64,000 nucleotides of DNA from Setoptus koraiensis (GCA_048013815.1 CM106586.1:16926001-16990000); one strand, 5' to 3'; counted from the stretch's first letter, positions 48,698 through 63,300 are shown. Numbers and translations: made by a program. Notes: a model not told the origin generated them from the sequence alone.

Positions 48698-51600
48698 ATG
48701 GAGACCAGCACTGCCAGCGGCCAGCCAGACGCACTCAACGGTTTGCTGGACAGCAATCTAGACAATGTGAACAGTATAAATAATTTGACTAATTTAAATA
48801 ATAATCTTAGTAGTGGTAGCCATAGCAACAATGAACAAATAAAATTTATCACCAGTCAACAGGCCGTCAACAACATTAACGGCATTGTTGGCAGTGTCAT
48901 CAGCAACGAGACCAACGATCACGAGCAAATTAAACTGCTCAAAGAGATACGCGACATGAAGGAAAAAATACGAAAATTGCAACAAGAAATTGACGAAAAG
49001 AGCCTGATAATAACAGAATTCAAGGATGAGCTAGAGCAAACCAAGGAACAGTATGACAAATTAAAGCACGATAATTTAAATTTAATTCAAGACGCCAAAC
49101 AGGCTAAGATATTGCGCGATGAGAACGATATTCTGCAAGAGCGAGTGCTCAAAATTGATCAGCTCGAACGGGACATTATTAGGCACAAGGACAAAATTGT
49201 CGAATTGGAATTCTTCAAAATACGCAATGCAGAACTTGAGGACGATTACAACAAGCTCAATGATAGCAAGTGCCACGTTGAGGAACAGTTGAGTCAGTGT
49301 CACAAGAAATTAGACAAATTGAGCGAGCTGGAACAAGAACTGGACAAATGGCGCAATTATTCGCAAGAGATCAACACCGAACGTGACACACTGCAAGCTC
49401 GCATACTTGAATTAATAGACAATGAAACAAAGCTCAAGTCGCACAATGATCGCGCCGAGGACGAACTCGTTCGATTGAAACAAAAACTGAAAGATTTTCA
49501 AGACAAACAAGAAGAACTAGAAGAGTCCAATCAACACAACATAACAAATCACCAACTCTTAAACGAACACCTTGCCCATCTAGATTCGTCGCCTCATTCT
49601 ACACCGCCCTCGTCATCGTTGGCCAGCTCAATATCGCAACATCATCATTCGCTAGAATTAAAATTAGAATTAGAGAAACAAAAGCAACAAGAATTAACAG
49701 AGGAAAACAAGCAACTCAAAAATAAATTGAATGAATTGCGTCAAGATTTAGCATGCGAAAAAAGTATCAATGATCAGCTTAGTAGGAGATTCAAGAATTT
49801 CAATTGTACCATTAGGAATATTGATCGTAATTTTCCAGCCTCAGTCACAGCTGACTTCAATAAATCTAATACAGATAGTAGAGTAGCCTCCCTAGATAGC
49901 AATGTTAGCTCAACAACAACAACAGCTACAACAACAACAACAACAACAATATCAACAGGGGCGACAACAACAGAGAAAAAGTGTGACGATGAAAAAGAAA
50001 AAGAAGCCAATAGTGGCAGCACTACCAATAGTAACGGTGATAGAGTGGTCGAGTCGTCAACAATACAACAACAAACACCAATCAAACTTACACCTACAAC
50101 ACCTTCGACGTCAACTCTACCGAATGGACACGATAGCGGTTTTTTGTCTATCGGACAAGGTAAGTTAGAACACACTAGCCCATATCGATATTTTATAAAA
50201 AGAACCCCGTCAATCCTACATGCTCGCATGCATGTTCAGTGTTTGACAAACCACTTGAAGTAGTGTGTTTGTGTTTATACATCGCATGTTTGTGTGTGTG
50301 TGTGTGTGCTGACGCAATCTAAAAAGTTATATTAGTTTGTGAAAAAGATGTCATGTAGTTGACAATTCAAATCATGATTACCTTGCGAGAATAGCTTGAC
50401 GCTTGAGGCTAAGGGTAATGCTTTATTCAGTCCAACATCCTTTGTGTTAGCCATAAAAAGTAACACCACGTTACTTATCACTTCTTGACCTCATCAATGT
50501 CCAAGGTCTGATATAGCAGGCTTTTTGGACTCGCATGCGATCCAAAATGCATGAGGATTGCAACTATGAGTATAAAGTTATACAGAAGAAAGAAAATAGA
50601 GTTTGTGTTTGTGTGTGAGTAATTAATTCTACATTGTTGTTTTTGCGTCACAGTTTCAGATCTACAAAAGCTTATCAGCTCTATTCATATTCAACGAAGA
50701 ACCCCGAGTTATGTTTCAATCATCAGAAAACAGCTCCATCAAAATAGCTTTTCTTCTTGCTGCATTGAGCAATCAAATGTCGACCAATTGAGCATGTTTT
50801 ATAAACGTGGCAACAAACATGTAGATATATAATGTACCAGTATCATAGATGCTAATAGTATTACATGATACTGCCTTAGCTTGTTTTATAGATGACCGAT
50901 GAAAGGATACAGAAAGAACAGTTGAATTGAATACATTCAGAATGTACAGTTAGGGTAGATGTTTTGTGAGTGCCAGTCTTAGCTGACAAGCTTACAAAAT
51001 TGTTAACAAGGTACATATGCAGTAACGAGTACTTAGCTCTTTTAACTGTCTATCGAAAAATTTCTCACTCGCTCCAGCCATCCAAGGGTCTTTCTCTCTC
51101 TCTCTCCCTTGCATGTCCGACGCGACAGTGTATGTAAGTGTGTGGCTCGCTCATTATTTGCAACAGCAAATTTACGTTATGTTGCATGAATCATTAAGAG
51201 AAAGATAGAATAAGCTGCTGTTACATCACCATCCATCATATTATACGAGCTTTGAATTGTAGGAATAGTGCAATCTAGTTCCGAAGCCCAATTCAATATG
51301 TATATGGCCAATGTAGGATGGCTGCTAGACTTATGTTGATATACAAGAGAGCGAATGATACTAGCCCTAAAACTGATCACCATCATCAGAGTCCCGTTCC
51401 AAACTCTATCAAACTTGGATCTCTCAGTATAGATTCATCCAAAGTCAATTTGGATTTAGAATTTTCTAACGAATAATCCTACTTCCTGATCGCGTGATGT
51501 CTTCGGACGATGGTTCATCTGACGACGAAGACGACGACTTTGGACTTGATGGACATGTGTGCTAATGTTGCTGGAGTTACTTGATTAGATAGTCTTGACA

Positions 51601-54600
51601 ATGCGATTTCGTGTTGTTTTCTGTAGTTACTTGAATAATACTTGAAGCTTTACCACTGCCAACATGATCGGTATCTGAAAGAGGAGGGAGGGGGGATGAA
51701 GATAAATCTGAGCGAATCTGAAGCCGTTAGAAGAGAAAAAGCAAAAGCTTCGATGGCAACAGTTTCTTCTGTTATGTAGTAAAGAATGTAAATGCCAAGT
51801 CATCATCATCAATGTCGTCGTTAGTGCTAGCAGTCAACACTGAGCTGGAACTGACTTCTCTCCCGATACACTACACAAGTCAGCCACGAGTGGTCTTGAT
51901 CTGTGCTAACCGATTGGCCGCAGTTAGCTGAGATTAGCGACTAGCTAAACAAATGGGTGTATGACTGTGTGTGTGCATTAAAAAAGAACGGCTAGCAGCT
52001 TTATAATTAGAAGAAGCGGTACATATTTTAAGTGAAGTTATGTACTACTTTTTCTCTCTAGTCATTCTCCTATTTCTCTATCACTCATATAAAGCCTGTT
52101 TTGATCGTCGTCATCACCAGCATCATCATTATCATCGTACATTTGGTGTTGATTAGTTCACCACCAAAGAGCCCAGTTGAAAATAGCCAAGATCAAGTTA
52201 AAGGCCTCTAGATGTTGTTAGTTAAACTTGAAAACTACACCATTATATGACTCTGCTAAGACCACATGGAGCATAGATCACCATCGTAGCCAGCTGCCCG
52301 AACAAGCTATCTCATTTGCTTTCGAGATCACCGTTGTGTCTGTGTGTGTGTCTTTATGGTGAATGGCTCGGCACTTTTAGAATGGCCGCTTACATCAGAG
52401 TGAGTAGAGACTTTATGTGTTATTATCTAGAAACAGTTTGTGTGTTAATGGTATTCGTATCTTGGACCATAACTGTTATCTTTGTGGGAATCTCTTAGCA
52501 GGCAATCATGATCATAGTGGTTGATTTATGTCTTGTTCTCTAGATATATACAAAATAATTGCCGAATGCAAGTAAACTGAAATAATCAGCCACAATATTC
52601 GTATATAGTTAGCTATTAATTAATTTGCCTCTTTAACATAATTGCACAACAACAGCAACAGTTAGGTATAGAGGAAGGATTGTACCCAACATGAAGGCGA
52701 TATATCATATCGTATTTATGGTTGTTTCGCTCTCTCTCTCTCTCTCTCTCTCTCCCTCTTTCCCACTGTTTCTCCATCTCTTATCTTCATACCTCTTTCA
52801 CAGCAACACGACACGATCATCTTTCTTCATTCTGTGATACGTTTCTGAGGCACACAATTGATTCCAAAACAATTCAGTGCATCGTGATCGATAAGTGATC
52901 TCATGTTTGAATTGTTATGTACCCAATTATGCAACAGCTCAAGCCAAATAAATAAGATCATTTCTTATCATAGAAAACAACACAATCATATGATATTATA
53001 TATTATCATGGAAAACGACTGATAGTTTCCCTTTTTATGACTTAAAAACTTATCTCACCATGTATCAGTCAATAGAGGAGAAATACAAATTATCATAAAT
53101 TTATTTATACAATCGAGAGTTGATGTTGTTGTTGGTGCAACGTCTGATTTTGCTCTCTTTATTTTTAGTTTTGCCTAACTCAGTTAGTGTGCGTCTATAT
53201 CTCCTTTCCAGATTCTCTTCTCTCACATTTCATACCATTTTGCCATCATGTGAAGAGTATCAGCTTAGCCCAGAGAGCTGGCAAAACGGAAAGTAGGCGC
53301 AGCCATGAAAGAACATGTTCGCTAGTATCGGCCAAGATTAACAACGGAACACACGTTGATGTGATAAACAGCATAAACATGTATAAACAACGGTCCTCTG
53401 TTAATGAGTGTGCGAGCGAGTGCGATCCCATTTGGTTAAGAGTTCATTAGTCTTGGCAAAACTTGAACCGCAATTTGTGTGTTAGAACACTTCTGAGAGG
53501 GGCATGTGGACTGTTGACTTGAGAGTCAGCGGCCTTTGGGGGAGCTTTGTTTTCTCTCGCTTGTCATAGTTTTGTTCTTTATTGTTATGTATGTATTTAT
53601 ATAAATATAGGATGGGTAGCACAGATAGATAGATACATACATGCAGTCGTCGACAAGACAATCATCTATCCCGCTTATACCAGAGCTGCTACAACTATTG
53701 CCACTTATCTTATCTTCATTGATCTTTATGAAACTTGTCCTCATATTACGCAACATTTCAAGAAAGGCACAACAAATAACATGACATAATTAGCTGCCAT
53801 AGTAGTGCAAACTAGAGGCATTAAATTATAGTGCATTCACAATACTGATACCGAATTATTGTAGAGTAATCTAACAGTAGAGTAGGCCGAATTAAATGGG
53901 CGAGGGATAGAGACGTTCGATCATTTAACCATTAGATCACCAGTGAGAGTGCAAGATTGCTAATACATAAGGACAACCTACAGAAGGGGCACAAAGACAT
54001 AAGCTTCAGTTTTGAATTATCTGATAGGAACGGAGTTTTCCCCTCGAATAATCTCTGATACGTTTTGTTTATGCACTGTAGTCGTCATACGCTCGATTTC
54101 AACTTGTTTCATTGCATTCAACATATATATATTTATAAAAATATATATATCTTTACTCTAATCAGCCACTCGACTTGTGTGGTGAATGCCAGATGAAAGT
54201 ACATCTTCTCTTCGCTTATTGTTGTGTGATCTATGGATTGTCCTGGTCATCGAAGTAGAGCATTATAGATGGATACTAGATAGCTCTCTCACTCACTCAC
54301 ACACACAATCTTGTTCTAAGAAGTCAATGATCATATGAGTTGGCTCTGTTCAAGCATGACCTACTATCTAGCCACTTCCGTCAAGAGGCATCAGCAACAT
54401 TACATGCACATTCTATGCCAATCTTCAAGACTGTACGTATGAGTGTGTCAATAAGATGATCCTCTATATTCAGTTAGAAACCTTTTTGTATAGCCGAAAC
54501 TAATGCAAAATGTCGTAGCAGACAGTAAAAACAGAAGCCGGACGGCATTCCCCATTCTAGTGTAGGGAATCATCAACTATGCGGTTGTGTAAGCCTTAAC

Positions 54601-56537
54601 TTGCGACTGAGCACTATTCTGCCCTTTGAACCAATTTAAATGCGGCGAATATATTTATTCATACGAAGCCAAAATTATACTGAATTAAAACGGCATGTAT
54701 GTTTTTGCAGATCAACTTAAGTGTGAGCGTGCCCAACTAAAAGAGCTTTAGCAGGTGCCATGCTGTAAAAATTGAATGAAGATTTATATTGTATTTTTTT
54801 CCGAATGCATTTTCTTGTATTTGTGAACTGTTGAAAACTAGTAATTATGGCCAGCGACTTGTGTATGTCCAATCAATTAATCACTGACAAACGGCAGACA
54901 CTCGTCACAGTTTTGAAACAACTTACAGAGGGCCTACTTCTATTGAGAACTGTCAGTAGTAATTACATCTACTGTTGGCATCTTTTTTTATTGCGAAATT
55001 GTATAGCTCGTCTTACTAATACGTCTCGCTAATAAATTATTAGTCGTCAAGTAGAATATAACAAAAATGCCTATATACAATTATGCTATATCAGGTACCA
55101 TTGTAACCTTTGACAAATCCCTCATATCTATAATAATGACAATAATCTTGACATGACGAAAGATGGCTCATGAAGTAGTCAATTAGTTAAATGTTACTAG
55201 CATACTACTGTTACATACTGATCATAATGTATCACAATTCTAGACTGAAACAATGAGTCTCGAAGTGCTATTGTCGAACAAGCACTATATTTGCTATAAC
55301 TAATGATTGTCCATTTTAAGGATATTTTCCGATAGCTTGTAGAGATCTCAATAAATCTAGCAGTCTTTTATTCTATTCGTGACGGACGATGCGAGTTGAG
55401 AAATATGACTCCGCAGCAGAAAACTGTTGTGTCCATATATTACGGGTGATCACTATAAATAGTCGATAATACAAAGTCTATGAAATCTCATCAGCCAGTA
55501 AGTGAGCAACAAGTGTGCGATTTCTTTTCTTTTTTTCTCGCTCAAGATATTCAATAGTCACTTCAAGAACAACAGTGTAGTAGTAGGTTGGTAACTCCAG
55601 AGATGACAAAGTAATTAGTCTAATTACCAGAACTATTGTTGTTATGCGATAGACAAAAACAGTTGCCTACTAAACATGCACTATATCGAATTGACGGTCT
55701 GACGAGGAGAATCACATTTCAATTGACTCGTTTGTGACCCTGATTGAAATTGAAGTCCACAACTTCCATTCGGGCTAAATTCAGTAGACCGATGCCATTT
55801 GTAACTTTTATCAGTTCGAATCTACTACAATGTGCCGAGCTATGTCGAATATGTTCTCGCATAACTGAGAGAATGAACTCTTGACTACTTTTCTCATTAG
55901 CATGAGAGAAGAAATACTGGCTACTGGTAAAATGATGCTGATTGTAGTTCAGCATAATAGAGTGAAGAATCGCGTCTGTTTCAAATCATCTTGACGGACA
56001 AGATTGATCTGGTTACAATTGATTTTGTTCAAGTATGAAATAGTTTTTTGAAATGAGAATGCATAATAATGAAGGCAAAACTCGAAAGCAGATTGAGGCT
56101 ACCCAAGCACGTGCCTCTTCAGTTCAGTGTAAACTCTTATATCTGCTGAGCAAAATCAACTAACCACCATTTATTTTTTTCGTATTCGTTTGTAATCCCT
56201 CTATTAATCCGTCATGTTATTATGATGCTGATTTGTTCATTCGTTCGGCGAAACTAATTCACCTGACGAATCTCTGTTGAACTATCTTTGTGCATAAACA
56301 ACTATAACAACTGAATTGGATTCACTTGATCATTAAATATCACGCAATAAAATGATTGTTTGCCGATTAAACAAAACAAAATATAACTACTTCTTATGCT
56401 ACCACACAACAACTATTCAACTTCCGACCATCGCTCAACGAAATGTTGTGTAATGATCTTGTCTTCGCCATTTCTTTTTGCACACTCACACACAAACACA
56501 CAATACATGGTGATCTCGATGGAATCATCATAATTCT

Positions 56538-56578
<41 letters not shown>

Positions 56579-59500
56579 ATACTTGATGATATCACTATTG
56601 TGGACCTAATTGATGCAAATTATCATGGTCATTGTTGTTACTATTATTGTTATTATTTTCCGTTTAACCCACATTCGCTCTCCTGTTGAATAACCACTTT
56701 TAACGCTAAATTTTACGCTTCATTTGAATTTACGTGCTTTCTATCGTTGATATATACGATTCTCTCGTCTAGACGCAAACTTGGAGGGTCAATCCAGCCA
56801 CGTTAAATCAACGGCGATAACGGCAGCACCAACGAAGGCAGCACTGACAGTGGCGACATCAACATCGGCCGACCAGGAACTGAAATCTACAAATAATAAC
56901 TTGCTGACAGTTGACGAGATCAAGACAAGCCAAGTTATTAATCCAATAGTTGTTAGGCCAGGTAAAACTTCAATTCCAGCAACTGCCGCAACCACCTTGA
57001 CTGCGGACACTGCTACCACAACCAACGCCACCTTCACCACTACCAAATCAGTCATCAGTCAGGCAACTACATCGGAGATACCCGCTTGCTCGACGGTCAA
57101 CAATCCACCTAGAACAACACCATCAAAAAGTTGCACAACGGTCAGCGTTGGCAACAACGAAAAAGTCAACCAATCATCATTGGTCACCTCTAATCAATCA
57201 CAATCTATTAATCTTCATTCACTTTGTTCGCCCACTAAAACTTGTGAGAATGATGATGATTTATTGAAGGCAAAAATTGATTCAATTCAAGATGGCAACA
57301 ACCAAAGAGCCAAAAGTAGATACGCTAGCACAAAAGAGATTCAGCAACAGGTTTGCCAGTTATCAGAATCGTCTTCCTCGTCGCCATCTTCGACTCCTTC
57401 TTCTTCGGCCTCAATTTCGTGCTCCTCTGCCGCATCATCAACTAGATGCAGCCCTCACCTGATGGGCGAGGACGGAGTTGCCCTGTCCATTGGTGGCTCA
57501 AACAGATCATCGTCGCCGTTAATTTTGCCATCTACTCAGCATGCTAACTCTGTTGGAAATTCTTCAACGCTGGGCACAGCTATTGTTGAAGAGCAACAAC
57601 AATCGGAATCTATGATTGCTGACAGGGGCATCAATGATTATTCAGCATCGCCTCCATCGTCGCAATTATCAACAAGAAATTCATTGTTGAACAGCTCTGC
57701 TTCAGGCACAAAATTAGCTAGTAATTTTGTGAGAAATTCATGTCCAAGTAGAAGCATTAATTTTGGTCACTCGAGCTCCTATTTGGAGCGTTACAGATCG
57801 GCGCAACAGCAACAGCAGCATCAATTACAACTAGCTAATCATGTGGCATCACCGGCAGCAGCAACAACAACAACATCTAACCCCATTGCTAATGCCGACC
57901 AACAATTACATCATCGTCTGCATCCCACCTTTGCACATAATTTTCTCGCTGCCCACCCACCTTCTAACACAGGAGTTGCGGCTATTAGCGGCGGTGGCCA
58001 ATCATCGCCTTCAATGCCTCAACATCCAGCTCATCTGCTCAATACTCAACAGCAACATCAGAGGATCTATCAGCAGCCATCATCTGTGTCGATCACTGGC
58101 GTGAATAACGGTGGCGTGAATAACGGATCGTACATTAGTCAAGTACAAACTCAACAGGTCAATTATGAGAATGGCGCCCACATGCTTCAAATTGGTGCTA
58201 AGCTCAATTACGTGCCAAGCAGGCCTAATGCTGCCGCCATCAGCCATCATCATCACCAGCAGCAGCAACATCAACATCAGCACCAACACCAGCATTTACA
58301 GCATCAACATATTCAACATCAGCAACAAGTGCATCATCAACTTCACCATTTAGATCAATCATTCAACACAATGAGTCTTAATAGGCATGCACGCGTTCCT
58401 AATAGCCATCATAGGCTTGCCTCTGCCCTGGTAGACGCCGACTATGTTGCATCGCCTCACGCTGCTCACATGCTAGCCCATCATCATCATCACCATCACA
58501 TAATGCCCATCATTCATCAGCATCCTGTTTCGGCCGTTCACGGAGCACCAGTTCAGTCGCCGGTAAACAAAACCGGAAGTGGTATGCAGCACAACTCAAG
58601 CAGTAATAATCAGCATATTGACAACAACAACGGTTTGTCGCCAATCGCTAGTCATCATCAATCGCCGTCACATCAGCAAAGGGTTCCACTAGTCTGGCCG
58701 TTGGCGTCTAGTGTACTCGTTGATGGTCAGCCATCTCTAGTCCAACAGCAACAACATGCGAATGGTGTTGACAATGATAACAGGTACCACAACACGCCCA
58801 ACACTCCAATACAGAATCAAGATCAAAATAACGTTAATAATGGTTTAGTAGTTCATCAACAACAAGTACGACACCAACAGCAAGTCAATACAACACCAGA
58901 TGCAAGCTCGATGGCAAACACTAATGGCTTGCATCATCCTCAACATCAGCTGATTGTGACATCGCCGGGATCTAGCATTGTGCACCCACATCACCATCCA
59001 CATCACCTACACCATCATCACCAACAGCAGCACCAGCACAGCCAACAACAACAACAACAACAATTACACAATCATCATCGCAGGTCGCACAATCATCATC
59101 ACCATCATCTATGTCAATCGCGCACCATGTATACTGTGTCGCCAATTGATTCGCCAGTCAATTTAGGCACGCAAGAGATTATTGGCTTGCCTGAAGTTGG
59201 TGATAATTCAAGTTATGGCAATTTATTAAGGCAGCAGCAGCAACAACATCTGCAAAATCAGCGCAATTCATCCGCGTCTGGATCATCATCTGTAGGTTCG
59301 TCGGCATCTGAATCATCGTCGTCGTCATTTTCAAATCTATCATCGAGTGCTGCATCTACGCCAAATGAGGATAACCATCACAATGACAAGCGCAATGGCT
59401 CATATAGCAATGGCGATAAAAAACAACATTCAACCGGCCAAAAGAAAATGTCGTCATCTAAAACTACAAAATTCATTTACTCAAATGACGAGGACGACGT

Positions 59501-60350
59501 CGAACTAAGCCGCAAAAGGGTTGTAAACGAACAGACGGCCAGAGACAAAGGAACCATTGACAACGACAATGACGATTTCGGACAAATGAGCTTGATCGCC
59601 ACCGAGTTGCCAAAACATACAAAAAAACACCAACATGATGGTGGTCGATCGATGAACGTTGTAGCGTCCACCAAAAATCATAATCATATCTCAGCAACTA
59701 CAAATGCAACGACAACGCCATCGTTAGTTAAAATGTCGAAAATTTGCAATACTGCTCAATTGCTGAGTGGTGGTGGTGCTTCACTGCATGCTAACATGCC
59801 GACAAATGGTGATAACAGCGACTATGATGTTCAGCATATGAAACACCAACAACAAACCACAATGACTAGACCAACTGACAATAAAAAGAAAATTACTAAT
59901 GACTGTGATAACAACAATTACTCAGAAACGTCAGCGCTCGGCAAAACATTGCAACAGCATCAACATCAGCGAAAACATCAAACCAGCCAATCGGCACAAA
60001 AAGCACCAAAGTCATCACAATTGACAATAAATAAATCATTAAATTCACCAAAGAAAAGTGAACATGTATCGCCGGCGACAAAATCCATTGGATGTGTCAG
60101 TAAAAAGTTACTGCTGCCTAACACTAAGGAAAAATTATCGCTAAATATTGGCCAATCACCGCCAACAATCAACAAGTCAACATCGGCTGGCTCAAGTCCG
60201 GCAAAGATGCTCAACAGCCACCACCACCACCACTCTAATCACCCTAATAATGATAGCTCCAATGCTACAAATGGCAGCAATAACAATATTGCCAACAATT
60301 CAAATTCAGCAAACGGCTCAACTATATGGTACGAGTATGGATGCGTTTGA
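48698..60350 (+). CDS. CCDC88C: Daple/Girdin (CCDC88 family) protein, exons 48698-50159 and 56773-60350
   Basis: Coiled coil KIRKLQQEIDEK...DAKQAKILRDENDILQERV..ID.LE....ELEFFK matches CCDC88. The C-terminus IWYEYGCV is the Daple-type PDZ-binding motif. A GTAAGT donor (50160) and a CTAG acceptor (56772) are both phase 1. Additional small exons cannot be excluded. Confidence 0.88.
56541..56576. repeat. (AC)18 microsatellite in the Daple intron
   Basis: Pure dinucleotide run ~200 nt upstream of the acceptor. Confidence 0.95.
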
Positions 60351-63300
60351 ATAGCCTGAGAAATGCTTTTGATCGACACACTCCATCAAAGTGACCAACA
60401 TTTGTTGTTGCGCCAGCCGACAAGACAGGACGGGACTAGATCACAATCGCTTGCCAATTGGCTTGATGTCTGGCCAGTAGTGCGTATCTGGCGGATGTTG
60501 AAAAGAAATGACGACCGTCGATGATTAATCACATTGGATTTGCTTTTAAGGTTCAAAAGAAGATTAACATCTTGACACTGATATCGGGAAACCTGTTGAT
60601 ATGGATTATGGTGTTAATTGATCGTTGCCGGCCGGTGAAAGTATTATGCACAGACTACGTTCGTTCACCTGCAATCAAAATGTGTCTCCAATCTATCTAA
60701 TCAAATTGTCAGCCCTTCAGCGCTAAGTTGTATGTCATTTGTTATTGGCTAATTTGGCTTGCGTGTCTCAATGTGTGTGCGTGTGTGTGTGACTCTGTCT
60801 GTTTGTGTAACGGCACTGATTGCTGTTGACCTGATTCGTATGTTAATGATGATGACGTCGATGGCAATCGTAGCCGACTAGCAGACTCATCGCGTTTGTG
60901 TCAATGTGAACTCAACGCTCAGCATTGTAAACAACAACAATAACAACAACAAAAACTACATACATAACAAGATATTAATAATAATAACAATAATTATTGC
61001 GTCGAATGACGATCACAGCCTAACACAAATATCAATTCTTTGTCTGTTCTCATTCATTCACCGCTGTTGGTGAGTGAACCCTCATCTTTTGTTTATGCAC
61101 CAAGCGAGAAGAAATCAAAAACAAATTGTGTGTCAGTGTTGGGCTCGTTATTTCTCTATTGCAACAACAAATTATTCGAATCTTTTGTACCGTTGTAGCC
61201 AGAACTAATCTAATTATTCTTGCTGCAAAGAGTGGCTCTCTGTTTGATCGTGATGGTCAAGATAGCACGAAATTGCCTTATATCTTATCAGCTTGAGTGT
61301 GTTTGTTATCAGAAGACTCTGGTGTCTAGTCGGATGTACGAATTTAGTGCCTGGGTGCTTGTTCACTTCAATATATAATCGTGTAGTCATGTGCTAAACC
61401 TGAAATGGTACGTTGCCCAAATGTGTTAGATTTGGTGTTATCATGGTGGGATTCTCTCTGAGGGATTTCACCACAGACAATGTGATGGCATGTTATGCAA
61501 TGCAACCAATAGAATCTAGCTCGAGTCTAATTATACATGCAGTTGTGAATGTCAAACAGGTCAAAGGTGTCGTATGGTCGGACAGGTGGTGCAGACACGC
61601 AGGCACTGTTGGCAAACCAACATGCTTTGATAGTTGTGCAGTGTATTATCGGCTTTACACGGTATCATCATTAAAAGTATCATCATTAACAAAGGTTATG
61701 CGTATGCAACTAAAACAAAAGGTCTCTTTTATTTATGAATAATCCGTTTGCGCCTACACTTACAGTCAACTTGCAATCAAACGCCGTCATCTAGATAAGG
61801 TAAGATATTAATAGGCATAACTAGGCGAGAGTGGCGGAGGAGAGAGCGTGAAAGAATGCTCTTGTCGAAAGTTTACCGCTATCAGTGCGCGGTCATCATT
61901 AGTATAAGAGAGAGAGAGAATGATATGGACAGCTTTTGCTGATTTGTGCGATGGACGCCAGCAAATATCCAGCTTAAACCTACTGATTAGCCTGATCCTC
62001 AATGTTGATTAATTCTTCACTCATGCCATCTCTCTATTTTGTGCATTGCACAATATAAAACATGCCTGCTTGATTAGACTTTAATTGATTTTATTCCGCT
62101 CTCATCCAATACAACCCAGTAAGATCCGATACAATCCGATCCGATCCCATCCTAACCAATCTCGTTTAGTCTGGCTCGTCTTGTCTTGTCTTGTCTCGCC
62201 TGGTCTGGTCTGGACTGGTCCAGTTGATTCGGTACATCTAATGCTCATAACGATGCTACATGGGCATTACATTTTTGCTACGATTTAGTAAATGACAAGC
62301 ACCGAACAACACGGATTTTATCATGTCTAAAAATAGAGAAAGGGTTAGTATTGTATATTAATTATTATGCATAGCAATAACCGGTGCACTAATGCCCAGC
62401 TAGCAATTAAAACCTCTTCCCATTATTATATACACAAGAGCACATAGAAACATGGACACACAGACAATTCATAAATGCTAAACACAAGTGATCGTGATGA
62501 TGCTGATTGTTGAACGGCCGGATTGTTTTTCATACGGCTAACGGCTTCACGAAGCTCAATCCAATCAATTATATAACGCTTATCGTCTGGCAAAAAGTTT
62601 ACTCTATCGCTAATTTGTTCAACTATTAGCTAGGTGATTCTAACTGGCTTGCCATTTGATAGCGAGCCAGTAAGTTGAGGCTCAAGGTAAAACGAGTGTG
62701 TATTGTTGTTGTTGTTGTTGTTGCTGTTTTGCAACAACAGGCTAGCGCAATCGTGAAACGCCTCCTCAATTCTTTTTCCTGTTTCTACCTATCACTAGTA
62801 ATGCTGTTACGGGTGTCATTATTACATAATATGTATATATATATTAATATGTATACATGTATGTATGAATGAGCCAATGAATGTATGTATGTATGCTTAC
62901 GATGATAGAAATAGAACCAATCTACCTGGCAAGCGCGCCGCTGCAATTGACAGAACAGTGACTTGATATTCTATCCAGGATATGAAATAAAATAACTTCA
63001 ATCTATGTGGACACCTTGTCTGTGTCGAATTGCCAAGCAATTCAATTGGTGCAATTTAAACAAATCAGTTGGTTGCGTTGTATGTGGTGCTGACTTATGT
63101 GTAAATTATGGTCGTATCAGTAATTTGTAATATAGATACTGATGTTTCGAAGCAGTGAAAAGAAAAGGAAAACCACTGGAGTGCAATGGTTGAGATTATT
63201 ACCAGAGTACAATTAGTCTAATACGCATCAGTTGTTGAGGTGGGGAGAGAGAGAAAGAGATAGGATTGTTGCTGCTAACTCTACTTGTTGGCATTGATGC

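Noticed and set aside
51177-51850. Acidic/Ser-rich fragments and a strong minus-strand acceptor inside the Daple intron (nested gene?)
   Set aside because: Several in-frame stops and no coherent exon chain.
55580-55590. 11-nt match to let-7 (gtagtaggttg)
   Set aside because: The 5' seed bases are missing and there is no hairpin arm. Consistent with chance.
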